From assembly GCA_934120715.1 (NCBI GenBank), contig CAKOUW010000001.1, positions 262,599-326,598 of the forward strand: DNA of 64,000 nucleotides, given 5' to 3'. The stretch comes from an uncultured Bacilli bacterium. GTDB lineage: Bacteria; Bacillota_I; Bacilli_A; RF39; UBA660. This document shows, piece after piece, positions 20,957 to 31,249 of the stretch (position 1 is its first letter; the number at the start of each line of letters is the position of its first letter). Position numbers and translations under genes: made by a program. Below the pieces are notes generated by a model. That model saw nothing but the letters and a program-made list of their open reading frames with translations. It ran no database searches and had not been told where the DNA came from.

Positions 20957-21358
20957 TTAGTTTTCTTCATCATGATAAATTTTATCTAGGACACCATTAA
21001 TCATTTTTATAACTGATTCATCAGAATATTTTTTGGCTAACTCTATTGCTTCATTTATCGCAACAATGCTTGGAGTGTCACTATATTTTAACTCATAAAT
21101 TCCTAAAGATAAGATAGCTTGATCTACTTTGCTAAGACGATCAATTGTCCAATTATTTAGATATTTATTGGCTAATGTTTCTATTTGTTTTTTATTTTGC
21201 AATATTTTCTTTACTGAGGTATTGACAAAGTCATTTTGAATTTCTGTTTGTTCTAAAATTAATTTATCAATATCATATTCTAGATTTGCTTCTTCTAAAA
21301 TACTAACTTGATATATTACTTTAATTATTATATCTCTTAATTCACTTCTATTTCTCAT
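20957..21358 (-). CDS. nusB: transcription antitermination factor NusB
   Basis: 133 aa with NusB-like helical repeats. Synteny nusB-xseA-xseB as in Bacillus. Confidence 0.75.
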   Translation of the reverse strand: MRNRSELRDIIIKVIYQVSILEEANLEYDIDKLILEQTEIQNDFVNTSVKKILQNKKQIETLANKYLNNWTIDRLSKVDQAILSLGIYELKYSDTPSIVAINEAIELAKKYSDESVIKMINGVLDKIYHDEEN

Positions 21359-21412
21359 TTTATCACCATCCTAATTTTATCATAATAGAGACTGTATTGT
21401 CATTAATTTATT

Positions 21413-23965
21413 TTAGTCTCTTTTTTTAGCCTTTTTATTTAATTCATAGAGAAAATTCATAGCTTCCATTGGACTCATTTCGAGTGGATTAATATTTCTT
21501 ACAGCTTCTTCTATTTCATTTGGTTTTGTTTTTATTTCTTCTTCTGTTAATTCAAAAAGCGATGTTTGTGTAAATGTTTCCTTCTTTATATTTTTCTTTT
21601 CATATATGTTTAAAATCTCTGTTGCTCTATCTATTAGAGACTTTGGCAGTTTTGCAAGAGATGCTACATGTATACCATAACTTTTATCTACTGCACCATT
21701 TTTAACTTTATGGAGGAATGTTATTTTGCCATTTTCTTCAACGGCTGAAACGTGAACGTTTCGTAAATCTTTTAGATCTTTTTCTAAAACGGTTAATTCA
21801 TGATAATGAGTTGAAAACATTGTTTTAGCTTTAATATTATCATGAATATATTCTAGTATTGCTTGAGCTAGACTCATTCCGTCATAAGTTGCGGTTCCTC
21901 TTCCTAATTCATCGAAAAGAATAAGACTATTTTCAGTAGCTTCACTTATTGCATAGTTGGCTTCTTTCATTTCGACCATAAAAGTAGATTCACCACTTAC
22001 TAAATCGTCACTGGCTCCAATTCTTGTGAAAATTTTATCAAAAATTGGCATTGAACAGCTTTCACAAGGAACAAAACAACCTATTTGAGCCATTATTACT
22101 GTAATAGCACATTGCCTCATATAAGTTGATTTACCTGCCATATTGGGACCAGTAATTAGTAGGATATTAGAGTTTTTGTCCATTATTATGTCATTGGCTA
22201 TATATTTATCTTTCATAACTTTTTCTACTACGGGATGACGGCAATTAATCATTTTTACTACTCTTTCAGTAGTTAAGACTGGTCTTACATATTTATTACT
22301 GTCACTAACAATTGAGAATGCTTGAAGCATATCTACTTCGCTAATTATTTTAGCTGTTAGTTGTAGATTTTTTATATATCTTTTTACTACTTCTCTTATA
22401 TCCATAAATATTTTATATTCAAGATTAATAATTTTTTCTTCAGCACCTAAAATAATGCTTTCTTTTTCTTTTAATACAGGCATGGTAAATCTTTCACAAT
22501 TGGCTAAAGTTTGACGTCTTTCATAACCATATTCTTCTTTTATAAGGGGAATTTGTCCTTTACTTATTTCAATATAGTATCCAAATATTTTATTAAAGCC
22601 TACTCTTAAGTTTTTAATACCTGTTCTTTTTCTTTCGTCTTGTTCTAGTTCTAGTATAAAGTCTTTTGAACCGCTACTAATTTCTTTTAATTCATCCAGT
22701 TCTTTACTATATCCAGGTTTAATTAAATGACCTTCGTGTAATGTGAATGGAGCATCTTCTAAAATGGTATTTTCTAGGAGTTGGTATAGATCAGAAAAAT
22801 CTATTATTTCTTTATCATAATTTAATTCTTTTAATATTTTAGCTATATTTGGTAATACTTTTAATGAATTTTTTAACTGTAATAAATCTTTGGCATTTAA
22901 ATTACCATAGGTTATTCTTCCACATAGCCTTTCTAGATCGTAAACATTATCAAGCTCTTTAATTAAATCATCTCTTAGAATAAATTCAGTAGAAAGTTTC
23001 GATACAAGGTCATATCTTCTTTCTAGTTGTTCTTTACTGGTTAAGGGGTTTTCAATATTGTATTTTAAAAATCTTGAACCCATGGCTGTTTTATTTTTAT
23101 CAAGTAACCAAAAGAGACTAAATTGTCTTTCTCTATTTCTAATAGTCTCTGTTAATTCTAGATTTTTCTTTGTATTTATATCAAATTCTAGAAATTCTTT
23201 TTGTTTTATTATTTTACATTTTTGAAGATGATGTAAGTCTCCTTTTTTAGCGTCAATAATGTATTTTAGTAAATGCTTGATTGTAGTTACTATTTTGGCA
23301 TCTTCTATATCTGAATATATATAGTTATAGTCTTCATTATCAAGAGTTTCTTTAGTGATGGTTACTAACATATCATAATTGGTTCTAAGAATGGAAATTA
23401 TTTCTCTATCTATTGATTCGTTGACAATTACTTCTCTAAAATTATTCTTACTTATTTCTTTTATTACTTTATCTTTTTCGCCTTCAACTAGTAAGGCATA
23501 GACTTCTCCAGTTGAAATGTCGATGTAACTTACTCCATAGCAATATGAAAAGTCATAGATGTTTGCGATATAATTGTTGGTTTTAGAGTCAATATTGGCA
23601 TCTAGCCTAGTTCCTTTAGTAATTACTTGAATGACGTCTCTTTTAACCATACCCTTGGTTTCCTTTGGATCTTCTAGTTGTTCACATATAGCTACTTTGT
23701 AACCTTTATCTATTAATTGATCAACATATGAAGAATAAGCGTGATGTGGAACACCGCACATTGGAACTCTTTCATCAAGTCCAGCTTGTTTTCCTGTAAG
23801 AGTTAATTCTAATATTCTTGAGGCTAGGATGGCATCATCAAAAAACATCTCATAAAAGTCTCCAAGTCTAAAAAAGATAATGCAATCTTCATAATTATCT
23901 TTAATTTCCATATATTGAGCCATCATAGGGCTTAATTTTGTTCTATCTACTTCACTGCGTCTCAT
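21413..23965 (-). CDS. mutS: DNA mismatch repair protein MutS
   Basis: Conserved N-terminal LSPMMAQYMEIK...FFRLGDFYEMF and Walker A GPNMAGKSTYMRQ. Probable ATG start (MRRSEV) with a TATAAT just upstream. Terminator of the upstream gene at ~24000-24025. Confidence 0.9.
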   Translation of the reverse strand: MRRSEVDRTKLSPMMAQYMEIKDNYEDCIIFFRLGDFYEMFFDDAILASRILELTLTGKQAGLDERVPMCGVPHHAYSSYVDQLIDKGYKVAICEQLEDPKETKGMVKRDVIQVITKGTRLDANIDSKTNNYIANIYDFSYCYGVSYIDISTGEVYALLVEGEKDKVIKEISKNNFREVIVNESIDREIISILRTNYDMLVTITKETLDNEDYNYIYSDIEDAKIVTTIKHLLKYIIDAKKGDLHHLQKCKIIKQKEFLEFDINTKKNLELTETIRNRERQFSLFWLLDKNKTAMGSRFLKYNIENPLTSKEQLERRYDLVSKLSTEFILRDDLIKELDNVYDLERLCGRITYGNLNAKDLLQLKNSLKVLPNIAKILKELNYDKEIIDFSDLYQLLENTILEDAPFTLHEGHLIKPGYSKELDELKEISSGSKDFILELEQDERKRTGIKNLRVGFNKIFGYYIEISKGQIPLIKEEYGYERRQTLANCERFTMPVLKEKESIILGAEEKIINLEYKIFMDIREVVKRYIKNLQLTAKIISEVDMLQAFSIVSDSNKYVRPVLTTERVVKMINCRHPVVEKVMKDKYIANDIIMDKNSNILLITGPNMAGKSTYMRQCAITVIMAQIGCFVPCESCSMPIFDKIFTRIGASDDLVSGESTFMVEMKEANYAISEATENSLILFDELGRGTATYDGMSLAQAILEYIHDNIKAKTMFSTHYHELTVLEKDLKDLRNVHVSAVEENGKITFLHKVKNGAVDKSYGIHVASLAKLPKSLIDRATEILNIYEKKNIKKETFTQTSLFELTEEEIKTKPNEIEEAVRNINPLEMSPMEAMNFLYELNKKAKKRD

Positions 23966-24035
23966 ATACTTCACCACTACATATTATAGCAAAAAAAGTT
24001 ATTCAAAGAAAGAAAAATAGTAAAGTTTATCTTTA

Positions 24036-25226
24036 CTACTTTAAATACATAACATCAATATCAACACTTCCATCAATACCATCAATTTCTCCATTTTCAC
24101 ATAGTTGCCATAATAGGTAATCTTTTGTATAGTTTGTTTTCTCTGTATAGTGGGCTAGCCAGGTTTTATGTTTTGTTTTTAACCATATGTTTTCTAGATA
24201 ATTTTTACTACTGTAAAGCATAGAATCATAGCCTGATTTTTCCAATTCATTCATGAAAGCGTTAGCAATTTCAGTTAATTCATAAAAACTAACATTATAA
24301 GTATTGAAATTTGTCCAATCTTCCCAATCGTAGGCAACTGGTAAGTCTATATCATAATTTTCAATTTGTTTTACTATCCATTTGGCATCCTGTACGGCTT
24401 GCTTTTTGGAATTAGCGTAAGAATAGAAATATAAGCCGACTGGAATATTATACTTCTTTGCCTCTTCAATGTTTCTTTGAAATTTTTCATCTATAAAGTA
24501 TTCGCCACCTATTCCTCTAGTTCCACCTATCCTAATTATAACAAATTCTACTCCAGCTTCTTTAATCTTTTTAAAATCTATTTCTTTTTGCCATTTAGAT
24601 ACATCTATTCCAATTTTTGTTTTTGATGTTTTATGTTTTTCTACTATATCAGAAAAAATTGTTTTTGAGTTGTTGCTTGTTCTGTTTTTTGGCTTTTCAT
24701 AAACATTTAAGGTGAAATTAACTGATGAGGTATTATTACTTGAATCTATTGCTTTATATACTAAATTGTATTCTCCGGGCTCATGTAGATTATAGTTACC
24801 TTCAATATAACATTTGGGATTACTATCATAATTATCACCACACATTATGGAGTTGGCTAAATCATCTGTACTATCTACTGGTATATTATATCTTGAATTT
24901 AACCAAATAAGTGGTGGCGTTGTATCTACTACTTTATAATTAAATGAATAGGATACTTTTATATTATTGTCATTTATATAACTAAATTTTATATTATTAT
25001 CTCCTAATTTTAATGTGTTAACATTTTTATCATTAATAATTTTACCGTTTATTTTCTTTATAAACGAGGATATTTTCCTTTTTTCGTTAAATTCTACTTC
25101 TAAATTATTATTTAAAACTATTTCTACTTTAGCTAGTACTTTATGCCTAATCACTAATATTACTACTATGGCTATTAAAAGTATTACTACGGATAATATT
25201 ACTGTTATTTTTTTCTTCATGAGCAC
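24036..25226 (-). CDS. membrane-anchored GH25 muramidase (lysozyme)
   Basis: N-terminal TM. C-terminal GH25 motifs GIDVSKWQKEIDF, FVIIRIG, DWEDW. Confidence 0.7.
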   Translation of the reverse strand: MLMKKKITVILSVVILLIAIVVILVIRHKVLAKVEIVLNNNLEVEFNEKRKISSFIKKINGKIINDKNVNTLKLGDNNIKFSYINDNNIKVSYSFNYKVVDTTPPLIWLNSRYNIPVDSTDDLANSIMCGDNYDSNPKCYIEGNYNLHEPGEYNLVYKAIDSSNNTSSVNFTLNVYEKPKNRTSNNSKTIFSDIVEKHKTSKTKIGIDVSKWQKEIDFKKIKEAGVEFVIIRIGGTRGIGGEYFIDEKFQRNIEEAKKYNIPVGLYFYSYANSKKQAVQDAKWIVKQIENYDIDLPVAYDWEDWTNFNTYNVSFYELTEIANAFMNELEKSGYDSMLYSSKNYLENIWLKTKHKTWLAHYTEKTNYTKDYLLWQLCENGEIDGIDGSVDIDVMYLK

Positions 25227-25279
25227 CTCTTATATTATATTAGATTCAAATATGTAAAAAGGAATACGTATTATATTCC

Positions 25280-26938
25280 TTATTTATTAATATATTTTTT
25301 ATATAAGTTTATTCTAGCTTTTATTCTATCTTTGCCTAATATTTTCATGATTGAAAATAAATCTGGTGATTTACTTCTTCCTGTTACCATTACTCTTAGT
25401 GCTTCACAAATATCACCAACATGGCCTTTATATAATTCAGGATTTTTCTTATAATCTTTTGGACTAGCTGCATATCCATTTTTAGTTGCGAAATCCTTAG
25501 TCATATTAAACCACTCTTCATTAGTAGCATCTAGATCTAATGCTTCTAGATAATCTAAGGCTAAGTCAATATCATATTCTTTGTCACCATCATATTTGGA
25601 ATAATTTTCTTTAATAAATAAACTGTCAATAGCATAGGAAAATTCTTCCTTAACATCACTGTATTTTGAAATATCTTTTCTTGGTCTTGGTCCTTCTTTT
25701 TCAATATTTAAGAATTTTTGCATATCATCTTTATTAGCTTTTAATAATTCAGCATATTCTGGATCATATTTATTAGCCCAAGATAGCGTTTCATTATAAA
25801 CTTCTTCACCTTTTTTTCTAGAAAAATAAGTTTTACATATATTGTTGAATTTTGCTTCATCAAAGCTTGTACCACCTATTGCTTGCTTATCAAAACTAAA
25901 TGTGAAGTCTTTTATACTCTTCTCTTGATTTTCTAGATACCATTCTTCAAAATTTGTATTTGCAATGGTTGCTAGATAAAGGTGTAGAGCTTCTATTGGT
26001 ATTCCACCTTCCTCATAGAATTTTACACCAGCCCAAGGGTCTTTTCTTTTACTTATTTTTCTGATTGCGCCTGTTTCTTTATCTTTTATAGTTATTGGGG
26101 CAATGTGGGCATATTCTGGTCGCTTAAAGCCTAATATTTCAAAAAGTTGAATATGTAGTGGTATACTTGAAACCCATTCATCACCACGGATAACATGAGT
26201 TGTATGCATTAAGTGATCATCGATTGCATGAGCAAAGTGATATGTTGGGATACCATCTTTTTTTAGTAATACTGTATCTACATCATGTTCAGGAAATTTC
26301 ATTTTACCTTTAATACAGTCTACTATTTCAACTTGCTTTGTAGGATCGCCTGGAGATTTTAGTCTTATAACGTATTCTAAGCCTGCGGCTATTTTTTCTT
26401 TTACTTCAGCAAGGGACAAATCACGATCAACTGCGTATTGACCATATATGCCAATTTTTGTTTTATTAATTTCTTGTTCTTCTCTTATTTCGGCAATTTC
26501 TTCTTCTGTCATAAAGCATGGATAAGCATATCCATTTATTATTAAATCTTTTACGTATGTTTGATAAATTTCTATTCTTTCGCTTTGCCTATATGGACCA
26601 TAAATTCCATCAAAACTATAACCTTCGTTTGGCATTATATCAAAGCCATGTAATACACCAACTATATTTTCAATTCCACCCTCAACCATTCTTTTTTGAT
26701 CGGTATCTTCAATTCTTAGGAAGAAACTTCCATTTGATTGTCTGGCATAAACCATATCGCAGAAAGCTGAGAATAAGTTTCCTAAATGAACACTACCAGT
26801 TGGTGATGGTCCATATCTTGTTACCATTGCTCCTTCTGGAAGATTTCTCTCTGGGTATTTTTCTTCAAAATAACTACGACTATGTTTTATATTTGGAAAT
26901 AATAATTCAGCTAATTCAATTCTTTCATTTTTTTCCAT
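25280..26938 (-). CDS. gltX: glutamate--tRNA ligase (GluRS family, 552 aa)
   Basis: Class I motifs PSPTGSVHLGN (HIGH-type), RIEDTDQKR, KISKRK (KMSKS-type). Longer than typical GluRS. Confidence 0.8.
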   Translation of the reverse strand: MEKNERIELAELLFPNIKHSRSYFEEKYPERNLPEGAMVTRYGPSPTGSVHLGNLFSAFCDMVYARQSNGSFFLRIEDTDQKRMVEGGIENIVGVLHGFDIMPNEGYSFDGIYGPYRQSERIEIYQTYVKDLIINGYAYPCFMTEEEIAEIREEQEINKTKIGIYGQYAVDRDLSLAEVKEKIAAGLEYVIRLKSPGDPTKQVEIVDCIKGKMKFPEHDVDTVLLKKDGIPTYHFAHAIDDHLMHTTHVIRGDEWVSSIPLHIQLFEILGFKRPEYAHIAPITIKDKETGAIRKISKRKDPWAGVKFYEEGGIPIEALHLYLATIANTNFEEWYLENQEKSIKDFTFSFDKQAIGGTSFDEAKFNNICKTYFSRKKGEEVYNETLSWANKYDPEYAELLKANKDDMQKFLNIEKEGPRPRKDISKYSDVKEEFSYAIDSLFIKENYSKYDGDKEYDIDLALDYLEALDLDATNEEWFNMTKDFATKNGYAASPKDYKKNPELYKGHVGDICEALRVMVTGRSKSPDLFSIMKILGKDRIKARINLYKKYINK

Positions 26939-27028
26939 GCTACACCTCTTCTCAATTCATATATAATAATATAATAAAATGTAATAAAAAGCAAATAAAA
27001 AAGTCCTTATTAGGACTATTAACAAATT

Positions 27029-27103
27029 TGGCTGCCCCAGTTAGATTCGAACTAACGCGTCGTGCGGTCAGAGCGCACTGCCTTACCGCTTGGCTATGGG
27101 GCA
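27029..27103 (-). tRNA. tRNA-Gln (anticodon CUG)
   Basis: Hand-folded cloverleaf: D-arm AGCCAAGCGGTAAGGCA typical of tRNA-Gln, anticodon stem GTGCG/CGCAC with loop CTCTGAC, encoded CCA. Hairpin plus T-run terminator at ~27000-27025. Confidence 0.8.
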
Positions 27104-27234
27104 ATGTGTTATGTTGAACACATATTAATTATACCAAATATAATTTAAATGTCAAAATAAATTGTGTGAAAAATAAAATTTATGTATTGCCAAGAATAAA
27201 AAAGTATGTTATCATTTATTTGTTGACTGTTTAT

Positions 27235-27311
27235 GGCGCTGTAGCTCAGTTGGCTAGAGCAATCGGTTCATACCCGATAGGTCGTGAGTTCGAATCTCTC
27301 CGGCGCTACCA
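27235..27311 (+). tRNA. elongator tRNA-Met (anticodon CAU)
   Basis: GGCGCTGTAGCTCAGTTGGCTAGAGCA...GGTTCATACCCGAT...TTCGAATC...CGCTACCA. TTGCCA-17-TATCAT promoter upstream. Terminator 27322-27352. Confidence 0.85.
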
Positions 27312-27321
27312 AATTTGTTAT

Positions 27322-27352
27322 AGACTCAAGCCTTTGCTTGAGTTTTTTTGTT
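27322..27352 (+). terminator. rho-independent terminator after tRNA-Met
   Basis: ACTCAAGCctttGCTTGAGT hairpin followed by TTTTTTT. Confidence 0.7.
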
Positions 27353-27385
27353 TATAAGGATTTTTCTCCTTATAAACAATAGTAT

Positions 27386-27715
27386 TAGTTAATGGTATAT
27401 ATTAAAAAAAGTATATTAGCAAACAAATGTTTGCACATTGTTATAGTAAGACAAGATTATGGAGGTGCATTACATATATAAATTGTGGTTATGAAAATGA
27501 TAGAGATATAAATACGAGTATAAATAACATTAAAAATATATTGCCAAAATAATTAAGAATAAGAAAAGTAAAATAGAAAAGTACGGTAGCGACTATCGGA
27601 ATTTAAGCCTATGGAGAATAGAGAATACTCTATCTATGAAGTAGGAATGTTGATCGGCGACGACCAATGCGAATAAAAATTTAAAATTATTTTAATTTTT
27701 ATTCTTTTGTTCTAC
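27386..27715. repeat. copy 2 of the ~330-bp repeat (inverted partner of 5292-5632)
   Basis: See copy 1. Ends in an AT-only palindrome, followed by a separate GC-containing bidirectional hairpin at 27728-27757. Confidence 0.75.
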
Positions 27716-27796
27716 AAAATTCTAAAACTGCAAACAGTGGTGCTTGCAGTTTTAGAAATTGATTTTATGTTTTAGTTTTATACGAGCATTAACTTA

Positions 27797-28327
27797 CTAT
27801 CTGATCTTATCCATTACTTTTTGCTTACATTTCTTAGAAAATGATAGCTTTTGGGGAACCGGCATTTCTATTATGGTATATACAGGCTCTTTCCTAGTAA
27901 TGTCTGTGCTTTTAGCCATGTTATTGTCTGAATTACGAACTAAAATTTTTCTTTTTCTCTTAATATCTAGAATTTCATTATATTGTTGTTTTTGATGCCT
28001 TGCTTTTTCATACTCATGATCTAATTCTTTATTATAAACCATCTTTTTCATTTCTTCTCTTAATAATTTAATATGTGCTTTTATTTCTTCTTCTGATTGC
28101 TGGTTGGCTTTTTTATAATCTATAATCCAGTCAATAGACTCAAAAAAGGCTATTTCTTCTGAAGCTTCAAATCCTACAAATTCTTTTTCATCACAGTCTA
28201 TACTATCTAATGTTTTAGCTTTAACTGTTGATGGCATAATTGCAGCATTAATATTAGCTAAAGCTATTAAATCACCTACTTGTACATAAACTTTTTTACT
28301 CTCGTGTTCTTTATAAAATACTTTCAT
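27797..28327 (-). CDS. hypothetical protein (176 aa), charged/coiled C-terminal half
   Basis: ORF only. Confidence 0.4.
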   Translation of the reverse strand: MKVFYKEHESKKVYVQVGDLIALANINAAIMPSTVKAKTLDSIDCDEKEFVGFEASEEIAFFESIDWIIDYKKANQQSEEEIKAHIKLLREEMKKMVYNKELDHEYEKARHQKQQYNEILDIKRKRKILVRNSDNNMAKSTDITRKEPVYTIIEMPVPQKLSFSKKCKQKVMDKIR

Positions 28328-28511
28328 ATATTCCTCCGATATTTTATTGATTTTTATTTAAACTACTTATATTTTTACATAATGTTTTCTCTTACTCCAC
28401 ACACATATTGTATATGGGTAAGAGCTATTTTCATATATCTCCTCCTGCTTAATTTGTTTGTTTTTATTGTAGCATAAGCTTTTTTCTATTTCAATCATAA
28501 TTATGTAGCTA

Positions 28512-29876
28512 TTATTGCCTTTTTGAATATTCAACTATGTTATACCAAGTTACTGGTTCAATAACACCGGTTGGCTCGGTATTAGATAGGCTTTGAATTT
28601 TCATAACAGATGACTCCATTAGATTATCAAATATACCACTTACTCTAACACCTGGTATATTGCCAAATTTCTTACATATTTTTAGTAAAAATCTTTGAAT
28701 TGTTTTTACATCATCACCACTCATGCCTAGGGCTAATATTCTTCCTGGGAAAAATTCATCTTCATATTGGGCGTATTCTTCTGGTATATTATTTATTGTT
28801 TGACGGTATATTTTTACTAGCTTATCCCATGTAGCAGCATCTACTATACCGGTGGCAGGAAGATTATATTTCTTTTGGAAGTTTATTACCATGGCTTTTG
28901 TATTATCATTAAATACACTATTTAATCTTAAACTAGGCAGATCAGGATCAAAGTAAGCTATTACAGATAATACATAATGTAATACTTGTACTCCTAGACC
29001 AGTATCAGAATATTTTAATTCATTTCCGTAGTCAAATACTTCTTCTTCTTCAGCAATACCTTCTGAATAAATATCATTAACCTTTTTTACGGCATTATAA
29101 ATATATTTAATTTTATACCATGTGGAATAGTCCACTATACCTGTTGGTGACAAGTTAAATATTTGTTGAAATACTTTGACTGCATCTTCTGTATATTTAC
29201 CAAAAACGCCATTAATTCTGGGAATTTTTGGAATAGCTGGGTAATTATTTGATATTCTGTTTAATTCTCTTTGAATAACTCTGACCTTATCACCGGCGTT
29301 GCCTAATTCTATAGGATATCCCGGATAGGCACCTACTAGTTCACCTGTCGGAGCATCTTCGAAGATATTTACGTCATTTCCATAATAATATCTTAATATT
29401 TCTATAGGCGTTTTTTTATTTTTGGCTAACTCTACGCTTCCCCATTGTGATAATCCATCACATTTTGTAACTCTTCCATCACAATAAACTGCATTTAATG
29501 GCTGAATCTGACCTTCTCTATAAATATAATTGTTAAATATTTTATCTACTTTTTTAGAGATTATGTCAAATATTTCTCGATCATCTGTATATTTTTGATC
29601 ATATGCTGGAAGTGATGTTATATCAAACGAATAGCCTCTGCTTGGATACCATTCATTATATATTCTATTTAATGCAAAAGAAATTTCAGCTAATATATTT
29701 GCTTCTATGGCACTATCTGGCCAACTTGGATATATTTCACTTGAGGCAACATTTTTTATGTAATCAATAAACGGAATACTAACATTTTCGCTTGCTTCAT
29801 TTGGTGCTCCTAAATGAACAACTATTTCAGTGGGAATAGTTGGATAATTAATAATATTATTTTTCATTATTATCAC
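28512..29876 (-). CDS. peptidoglycan-binding-domain protein, possible spore cortex-lytic enzyme (SleC-like)
   Basis: Three repeats resembling PG_binding_1 (GDKVRVIQRELNRISNNYPAIP..., GMSGDDVKTIQRFLLKI...). N-terminal ~250-aa domain unassigned. Confidence 0.45.
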   Translation of the reverse strand: MIIMKNNIINYPTIPTEIVVHLGAPNEASENVSIPFIDYIKNVASSEIYPSWPDSAIEANILAEISFALNRIYNEWYPSRGYSFDITSLPAYDQKYTDDREIFDIISKKVDKIFNNYIYREGQIQPLNAVYCDGRVTKCDGLSQWGSVELAKNKKTPIEILRYYYGNDVNIFEDAPTGELVGAYPGYPIELGNAGDKVRVIQRELNRISNNYPAIPKIPRINGVFGKYTEDAVKVFQQIFNLSPTGIVDYSTWYKIKYIYNAVKKVNDIYSEGIAEEEEVFDYGNELKYSDTGLGVQVLHYVLSVIAYFDPDLPSLRLNSVFNDNTKAMVINFQKKYNLPATGIVDAATWDKLVKIYRQTINNIPEEYAQYEDEFFPGRILALGMSGDDVKTIQRFLLKICKKFGNIPGVRVSGIFDNLMESSVMKIQSLSNTEPTGVIEPVTWYNIVEYSKRQ

Positions 29877-30264
29877 TCTCTTGTTGACCCACTATAGGAA
29901 ATTTTACGGATTGTATTACCTTCATTCCATCGAATATTGCAATTTCATATTCCCTTATTGTTTTTGTTTTGGGACCAGTAGCTTTTAAATTATAATTTGT
30001 GTATACAATGTCTTCGACAGACTCAATATCTTTCTTTGCTGGTTTAGCTGGTAAATAAATGTCATCAATTATTCCACTGGAATTTGTTTTCCCTGTAAAA
30101 AAAATTACTTTGTCTCCATTTATTTCTTTTGATATTTCAATATCAACATTTTCAACAGGATAAGCTTGATCTGCTACAAAAGCTTGAATCTTTAAAGTTC
30201 CAACTCCACTATTTGAATTAGTAAAATCTGGATACTTTTCAGTATCAAATGTTTTATTATTCAT
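29857..30264 (-). CDS. hypothetical protein (135 aa)
   Basis: ORF overlapping the start of 28512-29876 by 20 nt, suggesting operon coupling. Confidence 0.4.
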   Translation of the reverse strand: MNNKTFDTEKYPDFTNSNSGVGTLKIQAFVADQAYPVENVDIEISKEINGDKVIFFTGKTNSSGIIDDIYLPAKPAKKDIESVEDIVYTNYNLKATGPKTKTIREYEIAIFDGMKVIQSVKFPIVGQQESDNNEK

Positions 30265-30278
30265 ATTTTCCTCCCTCT

Positions 30279-31151
30279 TTATATAATTAGTTTTTGGCCA
30301 ATACTTAGCATGTTACTGGTCAAATTATTTTTACTTTTGATGTCATTTACTGTTGTATTAAATTTTGCCGCAATACTATAAAGGCTGTCTCCTTTTTTTA
30401 CAGTATATGTTGTTTGACTCTTTTGAGTTGGTATTTTTAGAATTTGACCGATTGATAAATTACTACTAGTTAAATTATTAGCGGATATTATATTGTCTAC
30501 CGTTGTATTAAATTGTCTAGCTATACTGTAAAGGCTGTCTCCTCTTTTTACAACATATTCTTGATAATCATTTGATGCTTCATAACCTAAACCATAGCAT
30601 TCTTCTATTTCTTCTTTATTATCAACGTCTTCAATTATTAAGACTTGACCTATACTTAAATTGTTTGTTGTTAAATTATTATTTTTTTTGATTTTATTTA
30701 CTGTTGTATTATATTTGTTTGCGATACTATAAAGACTGTCCCCTCTTTTTACGGTATAAGTAATATAGTTAGGTTTTTCGGGCGTGGTGGTATTGCTATA
30801 ACATGGTATTTTAAGGCGCTGGTTAATACTTAAATTGTTTGTTGTTAGATTATTATATCTTTTTATAGCGTCAACTGTTGTATCATATTTTTGGGCAATA
30901 TTATATAAGTTATCTCCTTTTTTAACTGTATATATAACACATTCAGAAGGATTGGATTCAGTGTTTGCAGAAATTATAAGGGTTTGTGATGGATAAATAT
31001 TATCATCTTTTAAATTGTTTAGTTCTCTTATTTTTTGCATACTGGTATTAAATTGTTTGGAAATGCCATATAATGTATCCCCTTTTTTTACAATGTATGT
31101 GCTATTAGTCATTTTTCTTCCTCCTATCAATATATTATGTTTTAGTTTCAA
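30279..31151 (-). CDS. LysM-repeat protein (5 LysM domains), spore coat/cortex-associated type
   Basis: Five repeats of YxVKKGD(T/S)LYxIAxKxNTTVxxIxxxNNL. Confidence 0.8.
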   Translation of the reverse strand: MKLKHNILIGGRKMTNSTYIVKKGDTLYGISKQFNTSMQKIRELNNLKDDNIYPSQTLIISANTESNPSECVIYTVKKGDNLYNIAQKYDTTVDAIKRYNNLTTNNLSINQRLKIPCYSNTTTPEKPNYITYTVKRGDSLYSIANKYNTTVNKIKKNNNLTTNNLSIGQVLIIEDVDNKEEIEECYGLGYEASNDYQEYVVKRGDSLYSIARQFNTTVDNIISANNLTSSNLSIGQILKIPTQKSQTTYTVKKGDSLYSIAAKFNTTVNDIKSKNNLTSNMLSIGQKLII

Positions 31152-31249
31152 TATTATTTAAAATATGAAGTTAAATTTTTTCTTTTCTATTTTCTTAAAA
31201 GAATGTATAATATATACTGTACGTTATATATTGATTAGGAGGTGAATTT

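Noticed and set aside
26518-27357. ORFs 26518-27117 (+), 27166-27357 (+) and 62958-63140 (-).
   Set aside because: They run antisense through gltX and across tRNA-Gln, tRNA-Met and tRNA-Leu genes, so they are artefacts of the ORF caller.
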